Positions 17,782 through 30,367 of a stretch of DNA of 64,000 nt are shown in pieces. The translations under genes and the position numbers were made by a program. The first letter of the stretch is position 1, and the number at the start of each line of letters is the position of its first letter. Below the pieces are notes generated by a model that saw nothing but the letters and a program-made list of their open reading frames with translations, made no database searches and was not told the DNA's origin. The stretch is from NCBI GenBank assembly GCA_050290185.1, contig JBNKHE010000001.1, positions 66,713-130,712 of the forward strand, in the 5' to 3' direction. The stretch comes from Pontiella sp. (GTDB taxonomy: Bacteria; Verrucomicrobiota; Kiritimatiellia; Kiritimatiellales; Pontiellaceae).

Positions 17782-19500
17782 ATGCTTACAAGTACAACCA
17801 GAATACGAAACCTGCTCGAAAAGACGGCTTTGTTTGATGAACCCAAACTGGAAGCGTTGCTGAGCAACGTCCGGGAAAATGGTCTATCGATTCGCGAATC
17901 CGCATTAGCCGTTCTCCCCGGCATCAAGGAAGAGGAATTCCTCACGAAACTTGCTGAAGCGATGGATCTCCCCTTCCAACGGCTCAAGGACACTGAAATT
18001 GCGGAAGACGTTCTATCCAGAATTCCAACCAAAGCCGTTTTCCAATACAATGTCGTTCCTCTCTCCGAAAACGCAGGGACGCTGAACATCGCCAGTTGCG
18101 ACCCGTTGATCCCTGGCCTGGTGGACGCCCTTCGTCTGGCGACCGGATGCCGGATCCAACTGGTGCTCAGTCCTTCCGATGATATTTCCACCGCAGCCAA
18201 GAAGTTTTACGGGGTCGGCGCGGAAACCCTTGACCGCATGATGCAGGATAGCGGCGGAATCGACCTCGACGATGAGGACAACCTGCTGAAGCAGGACCTT
18301 AGCGAGCTGGACCAGGAAGCTTCCGTCGTTAAATTTGTAAACCAGATCATATGGGAAGCCTTCAAGGATCGCGCCACCGACATACACATTGAGCCGATGG
18401 AACTGGACCTGCGCATTCGCTACCGCGTGGATGGCGTGTTGCACGAAACCCCGATGCCACCCAAGCTCAAGCGCTTCCAATCGTCGGTGATCTCCCGCAT
18501 TAAGGTGATGGCCAACATGGATATTGCCGAAAAGCGCTTGCCCCAGGACGGGCGCATCGGCGTGCGCATTCGCGGGGAGGAAATCGATGTCCGCGTGTCA
18601 ACCATGCCGACCGTGTATGGCGAAAGCGTCAGTCTGCGCTTGCTGATGCGCGGCGGCGGACTGATCACCATGAAGGATCTTGGACTGAACGATGACGACA
18701 GCGCCCAGCTCAAGAAAATGATTACCCGCCCCCACGGAATTCTGCTGGTAACCGGCCCGACCGGATCGGGAAAATCAACCTCGCTGTATGCCTGGCTTCA
18801 TACCATCAACTCCGTCGACAAGCGGATCATGTCCGCCGAGGATCCGATTGAATATGAAATGCCGGGCGTGAATCAGGTCCAGATGCGTCCGGAAATCGGC
18901 CTGACTTTTGCCAACACCCTGCGTACATTCCTGCGTCAGGATCCGGATGTCATCATGGTCGGGGAAATCCGCGACCGCGAAACCGCCGAAATCGCCATTC
19001 GCGCGGCCCTCACGGGCCACCTTGTATTCAGCACGATTCATACGAACGACTCGGCAAGCACAATCACGCGCCTGCTGGACATGGGCATTGAACCCTTTCT
19101 GGTGGCCTCCTCCGTGGAAGGCATCGTGGCCCAGCGTCTCGTGCGGGGACTATGCAAGGCCTGCCGTCGCCCTATGGCGGTTGATGAATCCTTCCTGCGC
19201 GAACACAATTTTCCGGTTGATCGCCTCGCAACGGAAGGACCGATCTATGAGGCTGTCGGGTGCGATGAATGCAGAGGCAACGGCTACAAAGGCCGGACCG
19301 GAATTTTTGAAATCCTGCCGGTAAACGACGAAGTGCGTCCGCTGGTCATTGCGCATGCATCCGCCAGCGATATCAAGGCCCAGGCGCTCCAGCACGGTAT
19401 GCGCACCCTGCGCGAAGATGGATGGGACAAGGTTCTGGCAGGTGTTACCACTATCGATGAAATTCTTCGCGTGACGGAAGACGACGAGCCGGACGCATAG
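17782..19500 (+). CDS. GspE/PilB-family secretion/pilus ATPase
   Basis: ATDIHIEP, LPQDGRI, GPTGSGKST, EDPIEY, LRQDPDVIMVGEIRD, TGHLVFSTIH, CxxC...CxxC. Confidence 0.95.
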   Translation: MLTSTTRIRNLLEKTALFDEPKLEALLSNVRENGLSIRESALAVLPGIKEEEFLTKLAEAMDLPFQRLKDTEIAEDVLSRIPTKAVFQYNVVPLSENAGTLNIASCDPLIPGLVDALRLATGCRIQLVLSPSDDISTAAKKFYGVGAETLDRMMQDSGGIDLDDEDNLLKQDLSELDQEASVVKFVNQIIWEAFKDRATDIHIEPMELDLRIRYRVDGVLHETPMPPKLKRFQSSVISRIKVMANMDIAEKRLPQDGRIGVRIRGEEIDVRVSTMPTVYGESVSLRLLMRGGGLITMKDLGLNDDDSAQLKKMITRPHGILLVTGPTGSGKSTSLYAWLHTINSVDKRIMSAEDPIEYEMPGVNQVQMRPEIGLTFANTLRTFLRQDPDVIMVGEIRDRETAEIAIRAALTGHLVFSTIHTNDSASTITRLLDMGIEPFLVASSVEGIVAQRLVRGLCKACRRPMAVDESFLREHNFPVDRLATEGPIYEAVGCDECRGNGYKGRTGIFEILPVNDEVRPLVIAHASASDIKAQALQHGMRTLREDGWDKVLAGVTTIDEILRVTEDDEPDA

Positions 19501-19550
19501 GTTCAAACGGGAAAGTCCCAACCAGATATCCCGCCGGAAGAAAACACTGA

Positions 19551-20279
19551 CTATTCTTCCAAGGGCGGCAATACGCCTTCTGCTACAAGCTGATCATCCT
19601 GCTCCGGGGTTAACTGAATCGGTAGTGGCGGCATGCCCTCCCGAATAACCTCCATCTGGTAGTCCCGAAGGCTCTCTTGAATCGCTTCACGTTGCGCCGC
19701 CAACTCTTCGGGAGAAACTTCAGGTTCGGGCGCAGGCTGTGGCACGGGCTCTGGCGGTGGGGTTGTGCGACGGAAGCCGCCACCAAACCGGCGTTGCGGC
19801 GGGGCAGGAGTTTTCGGCGCTGCAGGTTTTGCCGCGGCAACAGCTTTTTCTAGCTCGAAGACAACCTCTTTTCCCTGATATTGAACTGTTGCGGATGAAT
19901 TCTTCAGATCAATATTAATGAGTTTCATGGAATCACGGCTCTCACCCACCGCAAGCATCATACTTTTTGGGTCGCCTTTCTTGGGCTTTTTGTTCTGAAA
20001 GCCTGCACGGACTTCGCCGGACTGACTTTCCAGCAAAAAGCAGAGACGATACTCCCGCTCTAAAGCTTTGGCTGCAGCCGCATTCTTCTTCTCCTCATCA
20101 TCGATGAGCGGATCGGCCCCGAAGGGAGAGCGTTCCACAATGACCTCATATCGAGAGCGGTCATAGACTTCTGGCTCGTCAGCCGCATTCGTGGACTCTT
20201 CTTGCCCGTGGCAGATGCCAGCCGCCAATATACCAAAAAGTCCAATGCTCCATATTGTTTTGTACGGTTTTCCAGCCAT
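19551..20279 (-). CDS. Hypothetical exported/anchored Pro-rich protein
   Basis: N-terminal hydrophobic segment and a Pro/Ala-rich linker. Promoter-like TTGACG-17-CATTAT upstream on the minus strand. Confidence 0.75.
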   Translation of the reverse strand: MAGKPYKTIWSIGLFGILAAGICHGQEESTNAADEPEVYDRSRYEVIVERSPFGADPLIDDEEKKNAAAAKALEREYRLCFLLESQSGEVRAGFQNKKPKKGDPKSMMLAVGESRDSMKLINIDLKNSSATVQYQGKEVVFELEKAVAAAKPAAPKTPAPPQRRFGGGFRRTTPPPEPVPQPAPEPEVSPEELAAQREAIQESLRDYQMEVIREGMPPLPIQLTPEQDDQLVAEGVLPPLEE

Positions 20280-20445
20280 AGAAAATTACCCTTTCCGATC
20301 TTGCGTATAATGTTCGTCGACTCGTGTTGCGTCAAGTCCAACCAGCGACTCCGAACTCATTGAAAACGCATCGGCAGGTGGAGATATTGCATGCAACCCC
20401 GGTTATTGATCGGAAGATAGCGCGAATGTTTTGTTCAGCACGCCG

Positions 20446-21744
20446 CTAACGATGCATCCGCCCGAGAGGAACCGCCAGCGTACCATTAAAAAACTCAATG
20501 ATATGACCGCGCTCAATCAGCCAGCTTAAGGGTTGCAGGGCGTCCTTGGCTTCCTTCGACTTTGGATCCAGTGACGGATGCAAAACCTCGAGCACATGCA
20601 TGCGGGTCGATCCCGGATTTTCCTTTAGGAACATCAAGACCTCGGCAATGTTTGCCACGGTAGCGGCGGGATCCACCGGGTTCGGCTTGATATGGGTCAC
20701 AAAATTCACCTTGCCGGCCTTGAACAGGTGCAGGTGCATATGCCGGAACGCGGCGCGCATGGAAAACGACATGGTCAGGGGGAAGCGGCTCTCCTTGGTC
20801 CATACCTGATGGATGGCATGCACCAGATCCCGATCTTCAAGCTTTTGCGCCGCCTTGGCCGGAAGAATCGCCCGATGCACGGACTCAAACAAATCCGGCA
20901 CCTCCCGGGCAAAGGCGGCCTCCGCCTTGCGCGCATCGACCGGCTCAGCCTCGGGATCGCTTTTAAGCCGGTACAAAGTCTGTTTACGGCTCTCTTCCCG
21001 CCATTGCTCAATCAGCGCCTCATCCTTCACCACCTCTACATACGCCTTGTATTCATCGAGTGAAAGATGCGGAAACCGGGACTGGTGAAGCTCATTGAGC
21101 TTTTCAATGTAGCTGTGGTGGTTCGGCGGCCCCAGCAGGATGCCGGTCTTGGTACAGCGGGCCACTCCCGGGAAATTACCACTGGGCGGATCGGTCTCAA
21201 CTTCCTCCTTATCATAGAAATCGGTTAAGTGGCTCGACATGATATGCTGTCGAATGATCTCCTCGGAAGAAGCGATCGCCTTGCATTGCTTGCATTGGAA
21301 CAGCTCGATCTCGTCCGCGCCCTTGTTGCATTCCACCTTGACCAGATATCCTTGAGTATCCTGGATCAACAGGTTGGCCAGATCCATTAACGGATAGGCG
21401 CGGCGCGAATGATGAATCTGCCTCACCAGCGACGCGAGACGTTTTTGTTCGGGCAGGAAAGAGACGGATACCGGCAACTCTTTAACCGGTTCGCGCCGGG
21501 GCCGCAACGGTTCCCGCGGTTCGGAATCATTCCTGCGCGGTCGGCGAGGACGCTCATCCCTTCGGCCTTCCCTGCGCGCGCCTCCCCGGCTATCGCGGCG
21601 GGGTCGTTCTTCATAGGAATGTTCCTTGCGCGAATAGTGGCTCTCCCCCGGAGGCTTACGCGCCCATTGGGGTACAAAGTTCAGATCCAGGATGACATCC
21701 CGCGAACCTTTCTGATCTTCATGTATATTGCTTTTCTCTTCCAT
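20446..21744 (-). CDS. Hypothetical protein with Arg-rich N-terminus, C2H2-like motif and possible C-terminal winged helix
   Basis: Long ORF with normal codon style; FQCKQC-x12-H-x4-H. Confidence 0.8.
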   Translation of the reverse strand: MEEKSNIHEDQKGSRDVILDLNFVPQWARKPPGESHYSRKEHSYEERPRRDSRGGARREGRRDERPRRPRRNDSEPREPLRPRREPVKELPVSVSFLPEQKRLASLVRQIHHSRRAYPLMDLANLLIQDTQGYLVKVECNKGADEIELFQCKQCKAIASSEEIIRQHIMSSHLTDFYDKEEVETDPPSGNFPGVARCTKTGILLGPPNHHSYIEKLNELHQSRFPHLSLDEYKAYVEVVKDEALIEQWREESRKQTLYRLKSDPEAEPVDARKAEAAFAREVPDLFESVHRAILPAKAAQKLEDRDLVHAIHQVWTKESRFPLTMSFSMRAAFRHMHLHLFKAGKVNFVTHIKPNPVDPAATVANIAEVLMFLKENPGSTRMHVLEVLHPSLDPKSKEAKDALQPLSWLIERGHIIEFFNGTLAVPLGRMHR

Positions 21745-21831
21745 GATGGATACCGAGTACTTTATGTTGTAATACGTGAGTTTAGTTGATTATCGATCAA
21801 TGAAAAGCATTAACCCTTGCGTAGATTTTCT

Positions 21832-23025
21832 GTGGCTCAAATACATTCCATCTTCCTGCACGTGGATATGGATGCGTTCTTCGCATCGGTAGAGCAGCAC
21901 GATTATCCCGAATTGAAGGGCAGACCGGTTGTTGTGGGATCCCCACCCGATCAACGCGGCGTGGTGTCCGCCGCTTCCTACGAAGCGCGCAAGTTCGGCA
22001 TCCACTCCGCCATGCCGTCGCGCACCGCCCATCAGAAATGCCCGCACGCCGTATTCCGGCCGGTCAACATAGCCCGCTACAAGGAGGTTTCGCGCCAGAT
22101 CATGCGGATCTTCGAATCCTATACCCCGCTGGTTCAACCGCTTTCCATCGACGAAGCCTTCCTTGACGTCACCGGCGCCCAGCGGTTGTTTGGCGACGGA
22201 AAAACCATCGCGGAAAAAATCCGGCGCGACATCCGCGAACAAACCGGGCTCACCGCCTCCGTTGGCGTGGCTCCCAACATGTACCTTGCAAAAATCGCCT
22301 CCGACATGAACAAGCCCGACGGCCTAACCCTTGTCCCCTTCGAACAGAAGGCGATCGAACAGTTTCTTGCACCGCTGCCCATCAGCCGCATGTGGGGTGC
22401 GGGAAAGGTGACACAGAAAAAACTGCTCTCCCTCGGTCTCACAACCATCGGGCAATTGCAGGCTTGCGATCCGGTAGAACTCGAACGCGTAGTCGGAACT
22501 CATGCAGCATCCGTTTTCGCCCGTCTGGCCAGCGGCATTGACCAACGTCAAATCGAGATGGATACCGAAGAAAAGAGCATTTCAAACGAAACTACCTTTG
22601 GAAGCGACCTCACCGATCGGGATGAAATCGAAGCCGCCTTTAAACGGCTCATCGACAAGGTCGGCTCCCGTCTGCGTCAAGCCGGCCTGTTTGCATCCAC
22701 CATTCACATTAAGTTGCGATGGAGTGATTTTTCAACCATTACGCGCCAGACACGCTTGATCCATCCGTGCTGCGACGATATCACCCTGCGCGAAATCGGC
22801 CTCGAGCTGCTTGATCTGCACTTGCGGCACAGGCCGGTCCGGCTCATCGGCTTTGGAGTCAGTGGGCTGAACGAAACCGATCAACCGGAAACCCAACAGT
22901 TGAACCTGTTTGACCACCCGAATGATGCCCCCTATGAAAAACGCAAAAGACTGAGCCAGACCACTGATACGATTCGGATAAAGTACGGAAGCAAAAGTCT
23001 GAAACGAGGATCCGACATTAAGTAA
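21832..23025 (+). CDS. dinB: DNA polymerase IV
   Basis: HVDMDAFFASVE, SAASYEAR.FGIHSAM, SIDEAFLD, KIASDMNKPDG. Start (GTG) is approximate. Confidence 0.96.
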   Translation: MAQIHSIFLHVDMDAFFASVEQHDYPELKGRPVVVGSPPDQRGVVSAASYEARKFGIHSAMPSRTAHQKCPHAVFRPVNIARYKEVSRQIMRIFESYTPLVQPLSIDEAFLDVTGAQRLFGDGKTIAEKIRRDIREQTGLTASVGVAPNMYLAKIASDMNKPDGLTLVPFEQKAIEQFLAPLPISRMWGAGKVTQKKLLSLGLTTIGQLQACDPVELERVVGTHAASVFARLASGIDQRQIEMDTEEKSISNETTFGSDLTDRDEIEAAFKRLIDKVGSRLRQAGLFASTIHIKLRWSDFSTITRQTRLIHPCCDDITLREIGLELLDLHLRHRPVRLIGFGVSGLNETDQPETQQLNLFDHPNDAPYEKRKRLSQTTDTIRIKYGSKSLKRGSDIK

Positions 23026-23114
23026 TATTCATATTGTTTTTGCTGTATATGTCGCTCCCTTTTAGTCCACAATCCATCTTTGAGGTGAGAGACTGAAATG
23101 GTTTCTTCTTCCTA

Positions 23115-23163
23115 GGCGACGCAAGTCACTTCCCCTATACATGACTTGCGCCGCCGCTTTTTT
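23115..23163 (+). terminator. Long hairpin plus T-run (dinB terminator or sRNA 3' end)
   Basis: GGCGACGCAAGTCA-13 nt loop-TGACTTGCGCCGCC then GCTTTTTT. Confidence 0.6.
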
Positions 23164-23295
23164 CCACCACGACCGGGATCGCTCCCATCATGCTGTTGTG
23201 AGCCCGTGCTAAAGCTCCCCTGATTTGCCCTTACAATCCGCCACTAAAACCGCTAGAAACAGCGCTTATTTAATTAATGCCAGATTTTATATTGT

Positions 23296-23317
23296 AATAT
23301 CCGGATAAACGGATATT
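23296..23317. promoter_or_regulatory. Palindromic operator upstream of metH
   Basis: AATATCCG-gataaa-CGGATATT, 35 nt before the metH ATG. Confidence 0.55.
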
Positions 23318-23352
23318 TACTTATCCCATATTGAAAAACGGGCGGTTTTTGA

Positions 23353-27069
<3,717 letters not shown>

Positions 27070-27079
27070 GGCGTGAGGA

Positions 27080-27597
27080 GTGACGATTGAGACGTGATTG
27101 GAGGGTATTGTGAAGTTTGCAGAATGGGAAGAGCATGTTCCAAAGCTGATTCGAGAAGACTCGCTTTGGTCCGTTGAAGCCTATCGGCTCTCATTGTTTT
27201 TGGCGGATATCAGCTGGCATGACGCGAAGAAACTGTCCAAAGACACCTGTACCAGATCACTTTCCGATCAATTGTATCGTTCAGTCGGATCGATCAGCGC
27301 CAATATCGAAGAGGGATACTCAAAGCAAAGTTCAAAGGACCGCGCGCGCTTTTATGAATATGCATTAGGTTCCGCGCGCGAAAGCCGGGGATGGTATTAC
27401 AAAGGACGCCATGTTCTCGGCGATGCTGCTGCAGAACACCGAATGGATTTAATAACTCAAATCATCCGACTATTAATCAAGATGGTTCCCGACCAAAGGG
27501 GATATAAAATCAAGGAAGACAATTCCGAATACGGGGCAAAGAACATTATTCACGACAAGGTGCCCTTCTGAGTCACGCCTCACGGCTCAATCGTCAC
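27080..27597. repeat. 18-bp inverted repeat pair (27080-27097 and 27580-27597) bracketing the four-helix-bundle gene
   Basis: GTGACGATTGAGACGTGA versus the reverse complement GTGACGATTGAGCCGTGA (17/18). Both sit in CGTGAGG-like heptamer runs. Confidence 0.85.
27110..27571 (+). CDS. Four helix bundle protein (23S rRNA IVP / TIGR02436-like)
   Basis: RBS GGAGGG then GTG; LSDQLYRSVGSISANIEEGY...RFYEYALGSARE..GW. Confidence 0.9.
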   Translation: MKFAEWEEHVPKLIREDSLWSVEAYRLSLFLADISWHDAKKLSKDTCTRSLSDQLYRSVGSISANIEEGYSKQSSKDRARFYEYALGSARESRGWYYKGRHVLGDAAAEHRMDLITQIIRLLIKMVPDQRGYKIKEDNSEYGAKNIIHDKVPF

Positions 27598-27621
27598 GAT
27601 TTTAATCAACGAGAACAAACT

Positions 27622-29448
27622 ATGAAAACAATCCTAGAACGCATGGCAGACCACCCCCTCATCTTCGATGGGGCGATGGGAACGATGATTTATTCGAAAG
27701 GGGTGTTCATCAACACCTGCTATGAGCATCTGTGCGTCACCAATCCCAAGCTGATTAAAAGCATCCACCAAGCCTACGTCGACGGCGGTGCAGACGTCAT
27801 TGAAACTAATTCCTACGGCGCCAACCGACTAAAGCTCCAATCCCACGGCCTGGTGGATCAGCTAGAAGCAATCAACCGTGCCTCCGTTAAGCTGGCGCGC
27901 GAAGCCGCCGGCGACGATGTGCTCGTGGCTGGCTCTGTCGGCCCCTGCCTGCAATCTGGACAACTCTTCGATGACCGCATGACAGATGAGCTGTCCAACG
28001 TATTCCGCGAGCACATGGCAGTATTGGCCGATGAAGGAATTGACCTCTTTCTGCTCGAAACCTTTACGCACGTAAAGGAAGCCCAGCTGGCGGCCAAGGT
28101 GGCCAAGGAGTTCAACCTTCCGGTATTTGTTTCCATCACCGTCGGCAAGGATGGCGAAACGCGGCGGGGAGAAAAAATCGAGCAGATCGTCGATGCGCTC
28201 GAACAGGATGAAAACGTGGACGGCATCGGCATCAACTGCGGCGTCGGCCCGGCGGCAGCCTTCAGCATTGCCGAACGCGCCCTGCCCCATACCACGAAGC
28301 CCTTCACCGTTATGGCCAATGCCGGCGTGCCGCAGGAAGTCGATGGCCGCATGATCTACATGTCGACGCCGGAATATTTCACCGAATACGCCAAGAGTAT
28401 GATTCAGGTCGGCGTGCGCGGTGTCGGCGGTTGCTGCGGCACCACGCCGGAACACATCGCCATGATGGCCAAGTCCGTCAAATCGCTGACCGGCGTGAAA
28501 AAGCATGTAACCATCAGTCATCTTGAAAAGGAAGAGCCGGATGTGACAGTCGTGCCGATGGCGGAAAAGTGCGCCTTCGCCGCCAAGCTGGCCCGCGGTG
28601 AAAAGGTGACCAGCGTGGAAATCACCCCGCCCCGCTCCATCGACCTCAATCCAATGCTCGATAAATGCCGCGTCTGCAAGGGTGCCGGCATCGACGCGAT
28701 CAACATTCCCGATGGCCCGCGCGCCAGTGCGCGCATTTCGCCGATGGTGGCGGCATTGGCGGTCGAACGCGAAGTCGGCATCGAAACGGTTCTGCACTAC
28801 TGCTGCCGTGACCGCAACCTGATCGGTATGCAGTCCGACCTGCTCGGCGGCTATGCCGGCGGCCTGCGCAACTACCTGATCATCACCGGCGACCCGCCGA
28901 AGCTGGGCGACTACCCCGACTCCACGCCGGTATTCGACGTCGATGCCGTCGGCCTGACCCAAGTGGTATACAACCTGAACCATGGCCGTGACGTAGGCGG
29001 TAATCCGATCAATCCGCCTACCGGCCTCCTGATCGGCGTCGGAGCCAACCCGTGCGCCGTCGAACCGGAACGCGAGTTGCAGCACTATCTCAACAAGATC
29101 AATGCCGGGGCGGAATATGCCATTACGCAGCCGATTTTCGATCCCGAAGCCCTGCTTCGCTTTCTGGATGCGGCCGAGGCCAAGGGAGGAAACATTCCCG
29201 TCGTGGCCGGCGTTTGGCCGCTGGTCTCGTTCCGCAACGCGGAATTCCTTAATACCGAAGTCCCCGGAGTGGAAGTCCCGACCGCCATCCTCGAACGGAT
29301 GAACAAGGCCTCGACCAAGGAAGACGGCCGCAAGATCGGCATCGAGATCGCCCGTGAAATCTGCGAGCGCATATCCGACCGCGTCGCCGGCTACCAGGTC
29401 AGCGCCCCCTTCGGCATCGTTGATCTCGCACTGCAGGTGCTGGAATAA
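27622..29448 (+). CDS. Bifunctional homocysteine S-methyltransferase / methylenetetrahydrofolate reductase (YitJ-like)
   Basis: N-terminal [22 protein letters not shown]-terminal VEITPP, NIPDGPRA, CCRDRN, TGDP, ITQPIFD. Confidence 0.93.
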   Translation: MKTILERMADHPLIFDGAMGTMIYSKGVFINTCYEHLCVTNPKLIKSIHQAYVDGGADVIETNSYGANRLKLQSHGLVDQLEAINRASVKLAREAAGDDVLVAGSVGPCLQSGQLFDDRMTDELSNVFREHMAVLADEGIDLFLLETFTHVKEAQLAAKVAKEFNLPVFVSITVGKDGETRRGEKIEQIVDALEQDENVDGIGINCGVGPAAAFSIAERALPHTTKPFTVMANAGVPQEVDGRMIYMSTPEYFTEYAKSMIQVGVRGVGGCCGTTPEHIAMMAKSVKSLTGVKKHVTISHLEKEEPDVTVVPMAEKCAFAAKLARGEKVTSVEITPPRSIDLNPMLDKCRVCKGAGIDAINIPDGPRASARISPMVAALAVEREVGIETVLHYCCRDRNLIGMQSDLLGGYAGGLRNYLIITGDPPKLGDYPDSTPVFDVDAVGLTQVVYNLNHGRDVGGNPINPPTGLLIGVGANPCAVEPERELQHYLNKINAGAEYAITQPIFDPEALLRFLDAAEAKGGNIPVVAGVWPLVSFRNAEFLNTEVPGVEVPTAILERMNKASTKEDGRKIGIEIAREICERISDRVAGYQVSAPFGIVDLALQVLE

Positions 29449-29585
29449 GAGGAACCATAGACGATTGGACACCGCGGCCATACTTCATCAAGGACCATAT
29501 TCCCGACAAAAGGGTTGGTGGAAAATATCCGTATCCATCGGCGTTCATCTGTGATTCAATCTGATTGAAGAAATCGGAGAAGCTC

Positions 29586-30023
29586 ATGAAACGGATAGTC
29601 ATTGCCCTTGTTGTCATCGTTGTTGGAATGCAACTCATTCCAGTGAAGCGAAGCAACCCAGCCGTGATTTCCGACTTTTCCGGGCCGGCGGAGGTGAAGG
29701 CAATCCTGAAGCGCAGCTGCTACGACTGCCACTCCAACGAAACCAGATGGCCGTGGTACAGCCACATAGCCCCCGTTTCGTGGCTGGTCGCGCACGACGT
29801 CAAGGAAGGCCGGGAGCATATGAACTTTTCGGACTGGGAACCCCTGAAGGATATCGTCTGGATCCGCACCCAGATCCACACCATGGTGGCCAATGGACAA
29901 ATGCCCCCTAAATACTATTTACCGATGCATTCCAAGGCGAAAGTCTCGACCGGGGACCTCGCCGTGCTCAAGGATTGGGCGGGCATTTCAGCCGAAGACG
30001 GAACCTCGCAGGAAAACGACTAA
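29586..30023 (+). CDS. Heme-binding domain protein (c-type, Haem_bd-like)
   Basis: N-terminal anchor; SCYDCHSN.T.WPWYS.IAPVSWL; MPP..Y..MH. Confidence 0.9.
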   Translation: MKRIVIALVVIVVGMQLIPVKRSNPAVISDFSGPAEVKAILKRSCYDCHSNETRWPWYSHIAPVSWLVAHDVKEGREHMNFSDWEPLKDIVWIRTQIHTMVANGQMPPKYYLPMHSKAKVSTGDLAVLKDWAGISAEDGTSQEND

Positions 30024-30113
30024 ATTTGCGCTAGATAAGGGTTGCACAGCCTGAAGTGCCCGTGTAGGTTCTCCGCCTGATTTTGCAACCAATTAGATCC
30101 GAAGAGGTTTGTC

Positions 30114-30296
30114 ATGAGAATTAGAAGAGCAATGCGCAAGAAGCCCCTGCGCCGACCGGTAAAGAAGCCCCGCCTGAAGCGCCGTCGTGTGCTGGAACAA
30201 AAGCAGCGTCTGGTTGGAGCCGGATTCACGGAAGAGCAGCTGGTGCATATGAACACCAAGGACATCCGCGAAGCCATCCGTAAAACAGGTGCTTAA
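30114..30296 (+). CDS. Small highly basic hypothetical protein (60 aa)
   Basis: RBS GAGG, promoter TTGCAC-17-TAGGTT (30042-30070), and its own terminator. Confidence 0.8.
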   Translation: MRIRRAMRKKPLRRPVKKPRLKRRRVLEQKQRLVGAGFTEEQLVHMNTKDIREAIRKTGA

Positions 30297-30315
30297 TAAG
30301 CCGTTATAGATGTTT

Positions 30316-30343
30316 GAAAAACGCTCCCGTTGGAGCGTTTTTC
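30316..30343 (+). terminator. Intrinsic terminator
   Basis: GAAAAACGCTCC-cgtt-GGAGCGTTTTTC. Confidence 0.8.
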
Positions 30344-30367
30344 TGTTTCGGGACACGGGAGAAAACC

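Noticed and set aside
23089..23100. 12-mer GAGACTGAAATG also present at 1836-1847
   Set aside because: Exact 12-mer repeats are expected by chance in 64 kb, and the similarity does not extend further.
23026..23352. SAM or cobalamin riboswitch upstream of metH
   Set aside because: I could not find the conserved cores by eye. An Rfam scan would be decisive.
27110..27571. Possible diversity-generating retroelement (Avd-like protein)
   Set aside because: No reverse transcriptase and no TR/VR repeat pair differing at adenines was seen in the window.
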